Source: Octopus bimaculoides
Lineage: Eukaryota
Assembly (NCBI RefSeq): GCF_001194135.2
Contig: NC_068985.1
Coordinates: 87,566,702-87,606,575, forward strand
DNA: 39,874 nt
Direction of reading: 5' to 3'
Shown: positions 23,019 through 34,852 of the stretch, in pieces
Numbering within the stretch: the stretch's first letter is position 1
Layout: each line of letters starts with the position of its first letter
The notes under the pieces: model-generated
Told to the model about the DNA's origin: nothing
Seen by the model: the letters and a program-made list of their open reading frames with translations, nothing else
Database searches by the model: none
Position numbers and translations under genes: made by a program

Positions 23019-24792
23019 ATGTATACACTCACATTTATGCACACACATTTATGCACACACACATAGAAAAATACAGGAAGAACTGTAACATAATTATGGC
23101 TTTTGAACATAATGTCTGATGTAAAAATTCCATTTATATTTTAAAAACAGCGCTTCATACAAAGCTGTAAATAAGTGATCAGCTATAACCAGCGTCTCTT
23201 ATGTATTTGTGGACACCAATGTGTTACTGAATGATGTAATAAAACCACTTTAAATTCATCGTTTTTATTCATTACTTCCTGTGTCATCGTCTAATTACAA
23301 AGGGCAAGACAAAAATATAACGATTAGCACGTATCACTTTGTATTGTAAGTAACGGGCAGATATAACAAAGAGAAAATACCAAAGAAATGGAAACTTTTA
23401 TTCAATTATTATAAAGTCTCTTTTAGTTGAATTATTATGTAGATAACATTCTCACTGTCTCTCGTTCTAACAAGGATTAAAGGAAATATTATATAGGGTG
23501 ATCGAAGCATATAACACACCATTATCACTTTTGACAACTTTATAGTTTTCCTTTCGGTTTTACAAATATATGAATGATTCCAATAATAATATTAATGCTC
23601 TGGCAATAACAGTTTTAAACATATAAATGCATATTATGATAGCAATAAGATTTTTAAACCGCAATAATAATTGTAAACAAATACAGAAAATATTTTCCAT
23701 GCAGATCAAGGAGAATATTTAGTCATTGCTCTGCACCCATGATGTCCATATAATAAACCAATGAAAATGATATTGTTTGGAAACTTATGAAATGGGGAAC
23801 AATTACAGAATAGAAATTTTTGAATTGATAGAATTATTGTAACCTTGGCTAAGAATGTCTCATGGCATCAGTTTGGATCATCTGAACTCTAAATCTAATT
23901 CCACCAAGATCAAATTTGCATTTTATATTTTTTGTGGGTGCACTAAAATGTAATACTCTAGGGGAAATGGGTTGGGGGATTTGTTAGTGAACCAAGCAAG
24001 TTGCGTTACTGTATTTGTCCTAACAGAAATACCTTTGATAAGACTGGTGTGAATCTATGTCAAACTAATTGCATTCACCTTTTCCTTCGATAAACATCAG
24101 TACCATGGAGAGGGTAAGAGACTTTTCAGTGAATGATTAATTATCGATCTTAAAATAATCTTGTTGAGACCCGCATATATTTGTACAAATGCTATGTAAT
24201 ATTTATGTGATGCAAGTCCTAAAAACTACTCGACGCAAATATAAACAAATCACCATCTCAGTTCCTTCCTGACATTGTTGGGACAGAATCCGATGGACTC
24301 CACGGACTTCTTCATGCTCCAACGTAAACTTTGGACTAGTTTTACAACTGGATACCCTTCCTAACTCCATCCACTTTACAGTGTGTATTGGATGCTTTTA
24401 GTTTTGCCTTTAATGCTAGCCACGTCGTTATGCATCTTGCAAGGTTGTTGACTCCGAAGGGACAGTTTTATGCGAAGGGAAATGTAATAAACTATTACTA
24501 GAAAATACCGAAAGTGGAAACTTTCATTATACTTTGCCCATGAACATCGTTCACTCAAGGACAGTATTCTGTATCTTGTATAATTAATTTTGCCAAGTAT
24601 TTTCTGAACGGGATGCAATAAGAAAGAAGCAAAAATAATCAGCTAAACTTTTCGAAAAATGTTATTGCATTGATTACTTCCCTAGTTTGTGGTTTCTTGC
24701 GGCCATAGTTTAAGAATTTTATATATTTTCAGCTGCATGTACTTTAACTAATTTGCGGAATCTCCTTTGTTGAAGAATTATGTTTCAAAGAA

Positions 24793-24882
24793 ATGGCGCT
24801 ATCTGTTAATTGGCACGTCCTGTATTCCCTGATAATCATATCTGTTTTCTTCATGTCATTAATTGTCTTATGTGTCCGTGTT
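24793..24882 (+). CDS. Candidate first coding exon encoding a signal or anchor-like hydrophobic peptide MALSVNWHVLYSLIIISVFFMSLIVLCVRV
   Basis: Acceptor ttttatatattttcAG (24732), in-frame TAA at 24745-47, gaaATGG at 24793, exact 30 codons, then GTAAGT at 24883. No homology recognised. Confidence 0.4.
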
Positions 24883-25238
24883 GTAAGTTATTGGGAAAGG
24901 TCATTTCATCGACTTTACTGCTCACATAGCGCAGGTGCTCATATCTGTCCGTAAACACACACGCACACACACACACTCACACACACTCGCACACACACAC
25001 ACGCACATACACACACATCATAATATAAGAGTTGCTTATTATATCAAGTTATATTTTACATAGTTTAAACATTATCTGATATAGAAATCATTATGTTGGG
25101 TTGACTGACGAGGGATAAAAATCATGTAAAAACGATAGCAGTCTGCACTGAGTTTTTCATCAAAGGGAGCCCTTTTTCTGACTGTGAACTTAAGGGAAAC
25201 TGAGAGCAGGCTGACAACTTTTCATATCATAAAAATAA

Positions 25239-25301
<63 letters not shown>

Positions 25302-25386
25302 CGCGTCTGTGTATTATTTCACTAGACATCACATGATCATTGTTAGCAAGCTTCATTTTTATCAAAACGAGGTTGTTCATTTTCGG

Positions 25387-25387
<1 letters not shown>

Positions 25388-25482
<95 letters not shown>

Positions 25483-25496
25483 GCCTGTTTGTCTGC

Positions 25497-25528
<32 letters not shown>

Positions 25529-25541
25529 ATCTCTCTCTCTC

Positions 25542-25576
<35 letters not shown>
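25388..25576. repeat. Compound (ATCT)n-(GTCT)n-(CT)n-(AT)n microsatellite
   Basis: Direct inspection; contiguous with the tail of the minus-strand SINE A copy. Confidence 0.95.
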
Positions 25577-25578
<2 letters not shown>

Positions 25579-25737
25579 CGGGCTTTCATCAGTTTCCTTC
25601 TACCAAATCGACTGAAAAGGTTTTGGCCAAACGTAGGCTATATTAGAAGACACTCCCCTAAGGTGCCATGCAGTGGTACTGAACCGAGAACCACGTGGTT
25701 CAGAAGCAGGCATCTTACCACAGAGTCACACCGGCAC
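25547..25737 (-). mobile_element. SINE family A with (TA)n tail
   Basis: gacgggctttcatcagtttccttctaccaaatc...tagaagacact...aaggtgccatgcagtggtactgaaccgagaaccacgtggtt...cttaccacagagtcacacc. Confidence 0.85.
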
Positions 25738-25789
25738 TTTGTGTCTTGTTGTTGTGATAATAGTAAGGTATTAATTCTTTGTTTAAGAA

Positions 25790-26590
25790 AGACTTTAAAA
25801 TGAGGACAGTATGCTGACAACTCGGTCTTATAATAAAAACAGATCTCACATCTTGTTTCAGCCATTTCTGGAGGTCAGTTTTAGGGCTCGTCATGGACGA
25901 ACAATTATTATTTGTGAATCCAATATTATCTAAAGGAATATTTATTCTTCCCTAAACTTCAGTATCTTATAATGCCACTACATGTCCCCGCTTTTTCCAC
26001 TCCAGGTATACCACAATCACAGCTACTATTTCACTAACTGAAATGATTGTTCTCTTATCAAGACAGAAAACGTGTAAAGCAGATATTTGAACCTCACTTT
26101 ATTTTATATTTCTTGAAAGATTATTCCACCCTGAATGACACACGAAATGTTTTTCGTTTTTTCTTCATTGATAGTTTTTCAGCAATCTTACTGTCCAGAG
26201 AAGCTGTCTTATATACTATCAGGGAGATGATCAATGTTTGCAAAGGGAATGTTACGTTCAGTAAAATAGCCTGTAATAAGCCATTCACTATCCGCTGTTT
26301 GTTCAGGGATTGGCTTCTTTTTCCAGCCTGAATTGAGAAATATCAACACTAGATTTAGTTCTATCAAAACATTTTACATTTTGTGTTTCATTTGTATGAA
26401 TTTATTTGCACTTTTCAGCCCAACATTGCAGCATTTACAATATTAGCTGGCTTCTTCGTCATTTTAATCTTGTTAAAGCAATCCTTAAATTCAGGATCTT
26501 GCAGTAATTCTCTCTTCAATGACAGCACACACCGTTTCCTTTTGTAGCGGGAACTTTTATTTCGTCCTTCTTTATAAGCGTTGGCAAATA
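25790..26590 (-). pseudogene. Decayed hAT-superfamily transposase
   Basis: Collinear motifs across frameshifts: RELLQDPEFKDC; YCKCCNVGLKS...KH (BED-like); YFTERNIPFANIDHLPD / KTASLDSKIAEKLSMK; FSVLI / DKRTIISVSEIVAVIVVY (first catalytic D region); NIPLDNIGFTNNNCSSM...LKQDVRSVFI...SCQH (degenerate CxxH). Confidence 0.8.
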
Positions 26591-27064
26591 ATATATAGAT
26601 GTAGCAAAGGTTATGGCGACCGAGAGAAAGAGAACACTCAGTCACATGTCACAAGGAATAACCGACATCAGTAGCAAAGGCCAGAATTGAGAGGAAGAAG
26701 ACAATTCACAGCAGTTGCTGCACATGTGTAATAGTCAAGCAGGTTTACTAGATTACTGATATAATAAAGATTTAAAGATAATTATGTGCATGTGTGTGTG
26801 TGTGTGAGTGTGTGCGTATGTGTGCATATGTATGTATATGTGCGTGTTGTTGTGTGTTTGTTTTGAATGTGTGTGTGTGTGTGAGACTTATTTTCACCAA
26901 CAACTTATTTATCAGAGAGAGGGGAATTAAAAAAAAACAATATTGACAGCTTTGGAGTGGTTTTCAATATTTAATACTAAGTATTTATAATCCAAATACT
27001 GTGTGAGCATTCAGTGTGTATATGTGCATGGGCATGTGCGTGTAACTGTAAATCTATCTGTCTA

Positions 27065-27123
<59 letters not shown>

Positions 27124-27565
27124 NNNNNNNNNNNNNNNNNNNNNNNNNNNNNNNNNNNNNNNNNNNNNNNNNNNNNNNNNNNNNNNNNNNNNNNNNNNNN
27201 NNNNNNNNNNNNNNNNNNNNNNNNNNNNNNNNNNNNNNNNNNNNNNNNNNNNNNNNNNNNNNNNNNNNNNNNNNNNNNNNNNNNNNNNNNNNNNNNNNNN
27301 NNNNNNNNNNNNNNNNNNNNNNNNNNNNNNNNNNNNNNNNNNNNNNNNNNNNNNNNNNNNNNNNNNNNNNNNNNNNNNNNNNNNNNNNNNNNNNNNNNNN
27401 NNNNNNNNNNNNNNNNNNNNNNNNNNNNNNNNNNNNNNNNNNNNNNNNNNNNNNNNNNNNNNNNNNNNNNNNNNNNNNNNNNNNNNNNNNNNNNNNNNNN
27501 NNNNNNNNNNNNNNNNNNNNNNNNNNNNNNNNNNNNNNNNNNNNNNNNNNNNNNNNNNNNNNNNN
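27124..27565. other. Assembly gap between (TA)n and (GA)n arrays
   Basis: Run of N flanked by (TA)n 27068-27123 and (GA)n 27566-27608. Confidence 1.
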
Positions 27566-27612
<47 letters not shown>

Positions 27613-27724
27613 CGCCCGTTCGTTAAAACGTCCGTGCAGAAAAAGAAAGCCAGTCACGTGCGGAAAAGAAAGATGGACGGTGGTCGCGTGTGAGCAACGA
27701 GAAAGAGGGTTCTGCAATCTCCTG

Positions 27725-27975
27725 CTGAATAACCTGCACAAATTTTGTGCGTATGGTGATCTAATATTTGTGCTGTACTTTAGGTCGCTGCCCCCTATCA
27801 AATCGATGCTTCCTGAACACATGCTCATTGTACCACGCGTCAGGTGTGAAGGGGATCACTGAGAAATGCCAGATGAAATGTTTTGCTCAAGAACACAACG
27901 CACCACCTGGTATTGAAACCATGGTTTCGACGTTGTGAATGCAACACCGTATCCATGAAGTCATGCAATCCCATG
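27725..27975 (-). mobile_element. tRNA-headed SINE family E
   Basis: Reverse complement: head ...ggtttcaataccaggtggtgcgttgtgttcttgagcaaaacatttcat..., body acctgacgcgtggtac...atcgatttg...aaaatttgtgcaggtt; homologous to 30385-30578. Confidence 0.7.
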
Positions 27976-28570
27976 TGTAAAGAGAAGAGAAGTGACGACA
28001 ATATATGTATATATATATATATATTTCCAAGAACACACACTTACATACATACATATATAAGTATGTTTATATACTCAAATATAGATGCACATGAACGCAC
28101 ACAGTCCCTTTCAATATATATGCTTGTGTTAGAATATCCGTTCGGCTGAGTGTGTGTGTCTGTGTATGTATGAGTGTGTATATGTGTGTGTCTGTATGAG
28201 TGTGTTTGTGCGTGTGTATTCATCTGTGTAAATATATTTTCTTACACTTGAGAAACCCGTCTTGGGAAACACTTCAACATCAAAAAATAATGTTAGAAAG
28301 ATAAATTTCGTTTGGCAAATCTATGTCTAAGTAGAGATACATATGGATGAAGCTATTACTTTCGCAATCAAGTAACAACAAAATTATATATTTTAAGATA
28401 TCATTGTGAAGTCAGTGTCTATAAACCATCACTCATAAGGCAAGCATCGATGTCATGGTTTTAGAATATTTGCTTCTTTCTACATCTAATAATTTCACAA
28501 TGATTTACATATTTAGATTTGTGTCGTGTTTATATTTGTTTTCAATCTATATGTATCCAAATTTCTGTTC

Positions 28571-28571
<1 letters not shown>

Positions 28572-28607
<36 letters not shown>

Positions 28608-28613
28608 CCTATA

Positions 28614-28662
<49 letters not shown>

Positions 28663-28667
28663 GTCTG

Positions 28668-28755
<88 letters not shown>

Positions 28756-28800
28756 CCTGTCTCTCTTCCTATCTATCTGTCTGTCTATCTATCTATATAT
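28572..28800. repeat. (ATCT)n microsatellite
   Basis: Direct inspection. Confidence 0.95.
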
Positions 28801-29214
28801 CTATTTTCATATGTATATTCATACATACAAACACATAATCATATCAAAAGAAGAAGTCGGAATGAGGTGTCTTGCACTCAGGAATGTATAAAGTTACTTG
28901 AACTTGAAAGAGAGAAGGTTTCACAATGCCATATCTGGGCGTTCTCACCAGTTCAAGGGAGGTGAATGGTGGGCAAGTGGTAGAGAGGACAAGGGAGGGT
29001 TAGTGGTTAGGTAAATTCGTGAGAATGCAAAAGAAGAGTGGCAGATGGACAGAGTTGGAGGTAGAGGGTAATGCATTGAATGATGAACACAGTTGGAGCA
29101 AGGGTGTCAGTAAAAGGTGTCATGGGGGGGGGGAGATTTGTCTGGGAATATTTTGTGCACAAGCTTAGCCATAACGGTATGCTTTTAGAATCTAATTTTT
29201 GTTGAGATGGATGG

Positions 29215-29500
29215 TTCTTCTCAAGCACAGCAAATCATCAATCATCTCAGCTAATTTATCTCCTCTGCCAGACTCAACAACTCGAAATCATTCTTCACTA
29301 CTTCATCGCATGTCTTCCTGAGTCTTCCTTTTCACAAGTTCCATCCACATTTAGCAAGCAGCACTTCTTTATGCAGTCCTCCTCATCCATATACATCAGA
29401 TGACAATACAAGCAGAGCTTTCATCCTTGTACACATCTGATGCCTCTTATGCTTAATTTTTGTCTTAATATGTTTGCTCTTTGTCACAATGCACGCTAAC
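29215..29500 (-). mobile_element. RTE-clade LINE ORF2 C-terminal remnant
   Basis: LRQKLSIRGIRC ... HLMYMDEEDCIKKCCLLNVDGTC / GRLRKTCDEVVKNDF ... AVLEK; homologous to 11385-11650. Confidence 0.75.
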
Positions 29501-29630
29501 ATTGCTCATCAAGCAGCGCCTGCTAGCTTCTTTTCTTTCTAGTCTTTGCATCTTCTCTGCATGCAAGGCCTATGATTCACTATCATGTTGCATTGCTGTT
29601 CATGCACAAGCATCATGCAATCTGCCTTGA

Positions 29631-29682
<52 letters not shown>

Positions 29683-30054
29683 TTTGTTATGAAGAGAATT
29701 AAAAATTCTGTGAAGCTTCTTTGGCCAATTCTTAAGCTAATGATTCTGCCTGGGCATATTGTCAATGTAACATGTTCAAATGAGAATGCTGAGAGAACAA
29801 CCAGCAAGAGGTTAGGTTCGTGAGGGTGTAAAGTTTCCTTTACTCAAGGAACATGATTCAGAAGAGCTTCAGAAGAATAAAGGAATAAAGATCTGAATGA
29901 AGATGGGCTTTGGGTGAAATCGTAATTTTTGTATAAACACAGATTGATTACATTCTTCACAGTTATGGGTGGCATGATAAAGTGAGTACGAGAAGAAATT
30001 ATTTTTTCTCACCTCATCACAAATTTTCTTTGGTCTTCCTCTTCCACTAATATT

Positions 30055-30268
30055 CTTTTCTACTCATGGCACAAGGCTCGAAATTTTTAGGGACACGACC
30101 AGTCGATTAGATCGACCCCAGTACGCAGCTAGTACTTAATTTATAGACCCCGAAAGGATGAAAGACAAAGTCAACTTCGGTGGAATTTGAACTCATAGCA
30201 TAAAGACAGACGAAATACCGCTATGCATTTCGCCCGGTCTTCTAACGTTTCTGCCAGCTCGCCACCTT
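30055..30268 (-). mobile_element. Full-length SINE family B with 15-bp target-site duplication
   Basis: TCTTCCACTAATATT at 30040-30054 and 30269-30283 flanks a complete head-core-tail copy. Confidence 0.9.
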
Positions 30269-30384
30269 TCTTCCACTAATATTAACAGGAATATTACTGA
30301 CGGTGGTGCTGCTAGTAATACTAATAATAGCCTGATCATGGTAATAGTACTATCAATAATTATAATAATACTAAAATTAGCAGC

Positions 30385-30578
30385 AATAAGACGAGGTATG
30401 AGTGGTCAGCTTTTTGCGGAACGACCTGCACAAAGGATTTGTTTGTGGGGATCAATTGTTCGCGCTGCCCATTAGTTTAAATCAAATCGATGTAGCCTGA
30501 ACAGGTGTCACGGTGTGCCACGCGTCAGGTATCGAAGTGATCGTAGAGCAACGTGGGGTGAAGTGTTTTGCTCAAGAA
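30385..30578 (-). mobile_element. SINE family E body lacking its tRNA head
   Basis: acgacctgcacaaaggatttg...tcaaatcgatg...ccacgcgtcaggt...gaagtgttttgctcaagaa; homology stops at 30578. Confidence 0.7.
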
Positions 30579-31780
30579 TTGAACAGTCTTTTCGAAAATA
30601 TTTCTTCAAAAGACCCAACAGCATTTGGAAAGTTGATCTTTCTAGTGTTGTACGTGTCGTGCTTTAGTTTTAAAATTTGTATGTGTAGTGGTGGTGCATT
30701 GTGTGTTGGGAAGACAAAGTCTTCCATTGTGGTGTCTGTGTGGTTGTCTGATGTATTTAAAAAGGTGTGTGTTGTCGGTATCGATGGCAGTGAAGTTGGT
30801 GGTATTTGTGCAGTTTGTTTCCACTGTGTACTGTGTTGGTGTTAGTGTTGTTGTTGTTGTTGTTTGCTGTGTTTACTTGTTGCTGCTGTTGGGAATTTCC
30901 TCCTGTTGTCACCTCTCCCTCTTTTTTCTACTGTCTTTCTTTTCCTTTTTTGGTGGGGAACAGTTTGCCTTCTCGGCCTCAATACTCGAACAGTCTGAGT
31001 TGTATTGTTCCGGAAGAGAGATATTCTCTGGTTGTTCGTCTTGCTTGGGTTCAAATGTTGTTGTTGTTGGTGGTGGTGATCCATCCAGTTTTGTTGGGGT
31101 TGATGTTTCCCTGGTGACGGCTGGAGGTTGTGTCGCTTTGAGTGGTAATGGGACTGGTTTCTGCTGCTGCTGCACTGGAGGTGCCCCCGCTTCTGCTGTC
31201 ACTTGCAGCTCTCGACGCATCTCTTTGTGCATGGGGCAGTCGATCTTAAGGTGCTGGTCACTTCCATAAAAGTAACACCTCGGCCATTTGCCCTCCACGG
31301 CCACGTGTAGCCTCGTGCCGTCTGGTAAATTTATAGTGTCAGGTATAGAATTTAGGGCCCATTATTCAATTTGAACAAGAAGCTCCAATCCCTGACCGGT
31401 TTAATTTTTTTGGTGCAATTTATGCACCTCCAGTATACTGGCGGTATTCTTTATATCATAGAGGACAGCCGCCACCAGCCAGCATATATTTATTTCAGAG
31501 GACAGCTCCGCAATTATAATTTTTGTAACGCCCCAACCAAAATATGTCGGTACGAGTATCAGGTCCTCCGATATTAATGGCGTTGTGGAACGTTTTCTTG
31601 TTTCTTCCTCCGTCGCGAAGCGCACTTCCACAGTGCTGAATATTTTTCCCCATGTCACATAATTTTTGTTTTCCAATATCGGTTTCAGTATAAATTCCAG
31701 CTGTTTTTGTGCTGCTGTTTCTAAAGCCTTTCTTTCTTGTTTATACATTTGTATGTAATTGTTTTGCGGTTTGTGTCCAT
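30575..31780 (-). pseudogene. Disabled non-LTR retrotransposon ORF1 (L1/Tx1-like) with CCHC zinc knuckle
   Basis: MDTNRKTITY/MYKQERKALE...TVEVRFATEEE...IPDTINLPDGTRLHVAVEGKWPRCYFYGSDQHLKIDCP (C-x2-[C>Y]-x4-H-x4-C), then a Pro/Thr/Gln-rich tail. The 31401-31748 and 30909-31304 ORFs share a frame; about 4 stops and 2 frameshifts. Clade assignment is tentative. Confidence 0.7.
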
Positions 31781-31800
31781 TATGATTTCTTTTGGGCTAT

Positions 31801-32200
31801 TTAGAAATTGGCAAGATGTGGAACCTCAAGACTAAAACAATACCTGTTGTCATAGGTACCCTAGGAATGATAGCAAAAGGGGCTGATTTCCACCTAGCTT
31901 AGATACCAAGAAATTCAAGAATGGCACAGATTAAAAAAATAGTCATCATGGGAACTGCCTATATCCTTTGTAATATCAAATTTTAAAATAAATTTATAAT
32001 AATTTTCTTATCTTTTCTTAAACATACTCTAGAACAATACTTTGTGCAAAACCAAATATATGACACCCTAGGCATAACACCAACAGGAACTTCTAACTTG
32101 TTATCTCTTGAGGTCTCTGGGTGAAACTTGGAGCCAACTTGTACAAATGCAAAGCAAAAGACAGACAATGATAAATAATAATAATGATAATAATAACATG
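31801..32200 (+). mobile_element. R4/Dong-like (restriction-like endonuclease) LINE 3' end
   Basis: LEIGKMWNLKTKTIPVVIGTLGMIAKG...*IPRNSRMAQIKKIVIMGTAYIL matches the RLE C-terminal pattern (MW...IPVVIGALG...QK..L.GTA.IL); 3' UTR runs into (TAA)n at 32171-32197. Confidence 0.7.
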
Positions 32201-32218
32201 CAATGACAAAGAAAGAAA

Positions 32219-32224
32219 GAGAGA

Positions 32225-32268
<44 letters not shown>
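32219..32268. repeat. (GA)n microsatellite
   Basis: Direct inspection; a second (GA)n array lies at 29635-29678. Confidence 0.95.
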
Positions 32269-32271
<3 letters not shown>

Positions 32272-32910
32272 GGCGAGAGAAGGAGAAAGATGTATGCACA
32301 CACACTGCCAAGTTTGTGCCAGCCATAATCATACAAACACAGATTTAAACCTTATCCCTTACTCACCATTAACGTTAGCTGAATTAGATCTTCACTCAAG
32401 AAATAAGTTTCCTTTCTTCACTTTTCCCTTCCATTCATTTATAAAACCCCACAGTCACCCCTCCAACAACCACTACCACTACTACCACCTGTTTCTTTAC
32501 AATAGCCGGCATGTAAAATGTTATCAAGAACGGAAATTGCTTGACACATTCATTAAAAGTTGATAGAAAACATACTTCATCCTCCATAAATCCAACTGCA
32601 GTGGTGACCAAGTATTTTGTGGGACTATATTTAGAGAAATTTCTGAAATATAAGGTGGTAATGATATTAGAGTTAAAAATCTACCCAACACCTCCAGCTC
32701 CCTACACCACCCACCATTGCAACACTGAAAGAATGCAGAGAAGATTCAATTGATTGAAATCAATAAATGCTAAAATAAATGCTCAAAACATCACATTTGA
32801 TAATAGACAAATATGCAAAGTTCAACAGAATCACTAAAGTGGATTCTATAACTATATATGCATTTATAAATATATATATATACACATATACATACATACA
32901 TACATACATA

Positions 32911-32941
<31 letters not shown>

Positions 32942-33366
32942 NNNNNNNNNNNNNNNNNNNNNNNNNNNNNNNNNNNNNNNNNNNNNNNNNNNNNNNNNNN
33001 NNNNNNNNNNNNNNNNNNNNNNNNNNNNNNNNNNNNNNNNNNNNNNNNNNNNNNNNNNNNNNNNNNNNNNNNNNNNNNNNNNNNNNNNNNNNNNNNNNNN
33101 NNNNNNNNNNNNNNNNNNNNNNNNNNNNNNNNNNNNNNNNNNNNNNNNNNNNNNNNNNNNNNNNNNNNNNNNNNNNNNNNNNNNNNNNNNNNNNNNNNNN
33201 NNNNNNNNNNNNNNNNNNNNNNNNNNNNNNNNNNNNNNNNNNNNNNNNNNNNNNNNNNNNNNNNNNNNNNNNNNNNNNNNNNNNNNNNNNNNNNNNNNNN
33301 NNNNNNNNNNNNNNNNNNNNNNNNNNNNNNNNNNNNNNNNNNNNNNNNNNNNNNNNNNNNNNNNNN
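32942..33366. other. Assembly gap within a (TA)n array
   Basis: Run of N. Confidence 1.
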
Positions 33367-34508
33367 TATATATATATATATATATATGTAGATATGGATA
33401 TATATAATTATAATCAGGGGCCAGCTAATTGCTTCGCCACGTACCAAATTAGAAATAGTCGCTAATGTCCTTTCAAACATCATAACGCACCCGAGACAGT
33501 AACACACTTTTTTATGTAGGCAAAAAGAAAAGGAATGATGAATCCACACGACTTCGAATGATAGAATATTTTGTATAATTCACCTAAAAACGTTATTTTA
33601 ACGTACTGACTGCTTGGTAAAATTATAAATTATTAATTATTAAATTGATGCATTGATTAATTAATTTTACCCTTTATTATTATTATGTATATATATGTGT
33701 ATATCTGTTTTTCTCTCCCACTCTTTACCTATTCTTCTCCTCTCCCCTTCACCGTTCCCTCTCTCTCTCACTCTTCCTCCCTGACTCTCTCGTTGCCCAC
33801 ACTTGACCAACGGCCATTCTTTCTTTCTTCCATTTCTCTCCTAAACACAAGACGTGCTTTTATATGTCTCTTCACAAAGCTCGTTCTTCCAGCATTGACC
33901 ACTTCACATCTTCTGGGCTTAACAGCCCTCACTGTTTGTATTTACTGTTTTGTTTTCACTGTCTTGTTTTTGTTACCACTTTCACCCTCCGTAAAATTCC
34001 CAAATTTTATTTAATTTGCTTTGCGGGAAGGACCATTTTAACGAAGTCGCGTCTTGTACTTACCTTGGAAACGAGGAGTAGATAAAACAGGGGACAACTG
34101 ATGAAAGAAATGTTCTTAATGTTGCATCTCTCATTTCTCTATTTTTTCGTTGTTCGAAAAAAGTTTTCTATGTTTTTGCTTTTTTTTATCTCGTTTCTCA
34201 AGTGAATAAAAGTGGATTCTTTATAACATTATCTAACGAATATAACAATAGTTAGCATCCAATGAAAAATGAGTCCATTCCCAAATAAAGACCACACATG
34301 GAAAACATTATGCTGCATATTTAGCGAGATGTGAAGATTGCTATGTGTCACGAAGTATCAATACAAAATGATGCAGTTCATCCGGAGAGGAAGATGTATG
34401 AGCACATTCTCTCTGGAAACAGAAATAATTTCAGCAAATCAAATATTCATTTATGTATGTTACTTAACGTACACTTACACATATTTATACATGTATACAG
34501 ACAAATTG

Positions 34509-34712
34509 GAGGGTGTACGGAAAAGGTCTGGCGAAAAGCCTGGCTGGAAGCCAAAACTTCTAATATCTTTTACAAAAATTAGAAATACTGCAGGACTGCT
34601 GCAATAAGTGTGTGAATCTGGGATGGGAATATATTGAATAATATCATAATTAACTGATCGTCTTTTATTTTCTTTTACCTGAATCCAGGAACTTTTCAGC
34701 ACACCCCTCGTA
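34509..34712 (+). mobile_element. Mariner internal-deletion derivative (MITE-like)
   Basis: Right end ccaggaacttttcagcacacccctcg+TA; left end gagggtgtacggaaaaggtctgg is its imperfect inverse. Interior encodes LQDCCNKCVNLGWEYIE*, the mariner C-terminal WxKCVxxxGxYxE* motif. Confidence 0.75.
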
Positions 34713-34714
34713 CA

Positions 34715-34852
34715 TAGAAATGTGCTTCCCAACCGCATAGCCTCAAGTTCAGTCGCACTCGAGGCAACTTAGATAAGAGTTTGATGCCACAGCCTCAGGC
34801 TGATCAAAGCCTTGTGAGAGGATTTTCTTGCCAGAAACTGAAAGAAGCCGGG
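34715..34852 (+). mobile_element. SINE family A, 5'- and tail-truncated
   Basis: tgcttcccaaccgcatagcctcaagttcagtcgcac...gatcaaagccttgtgagaggatttt...gaaactgaaagaagccg. Confidence 0.7.

Noticed and set aside
25100-25145. CTGACGA-GGGAT-AAAA-ATC hammerhead-like start (other CTGANGA hits at about 12232, 13387, 22427, 36153)
   Set aside because: No correctly placed GAAA, stem II and UH; heptamer hits are expected by chance.
26100-26430. Exon-like acceptors near the hAT fossil (minus-strand ttctcaattcAG; plus-strand cacttttcAG-PNIAAFTILAGFF...)
   Set aside because: The region is explained by continuous decayed transposase motifs; the plus-strand hydrophobic frame is its antisense.
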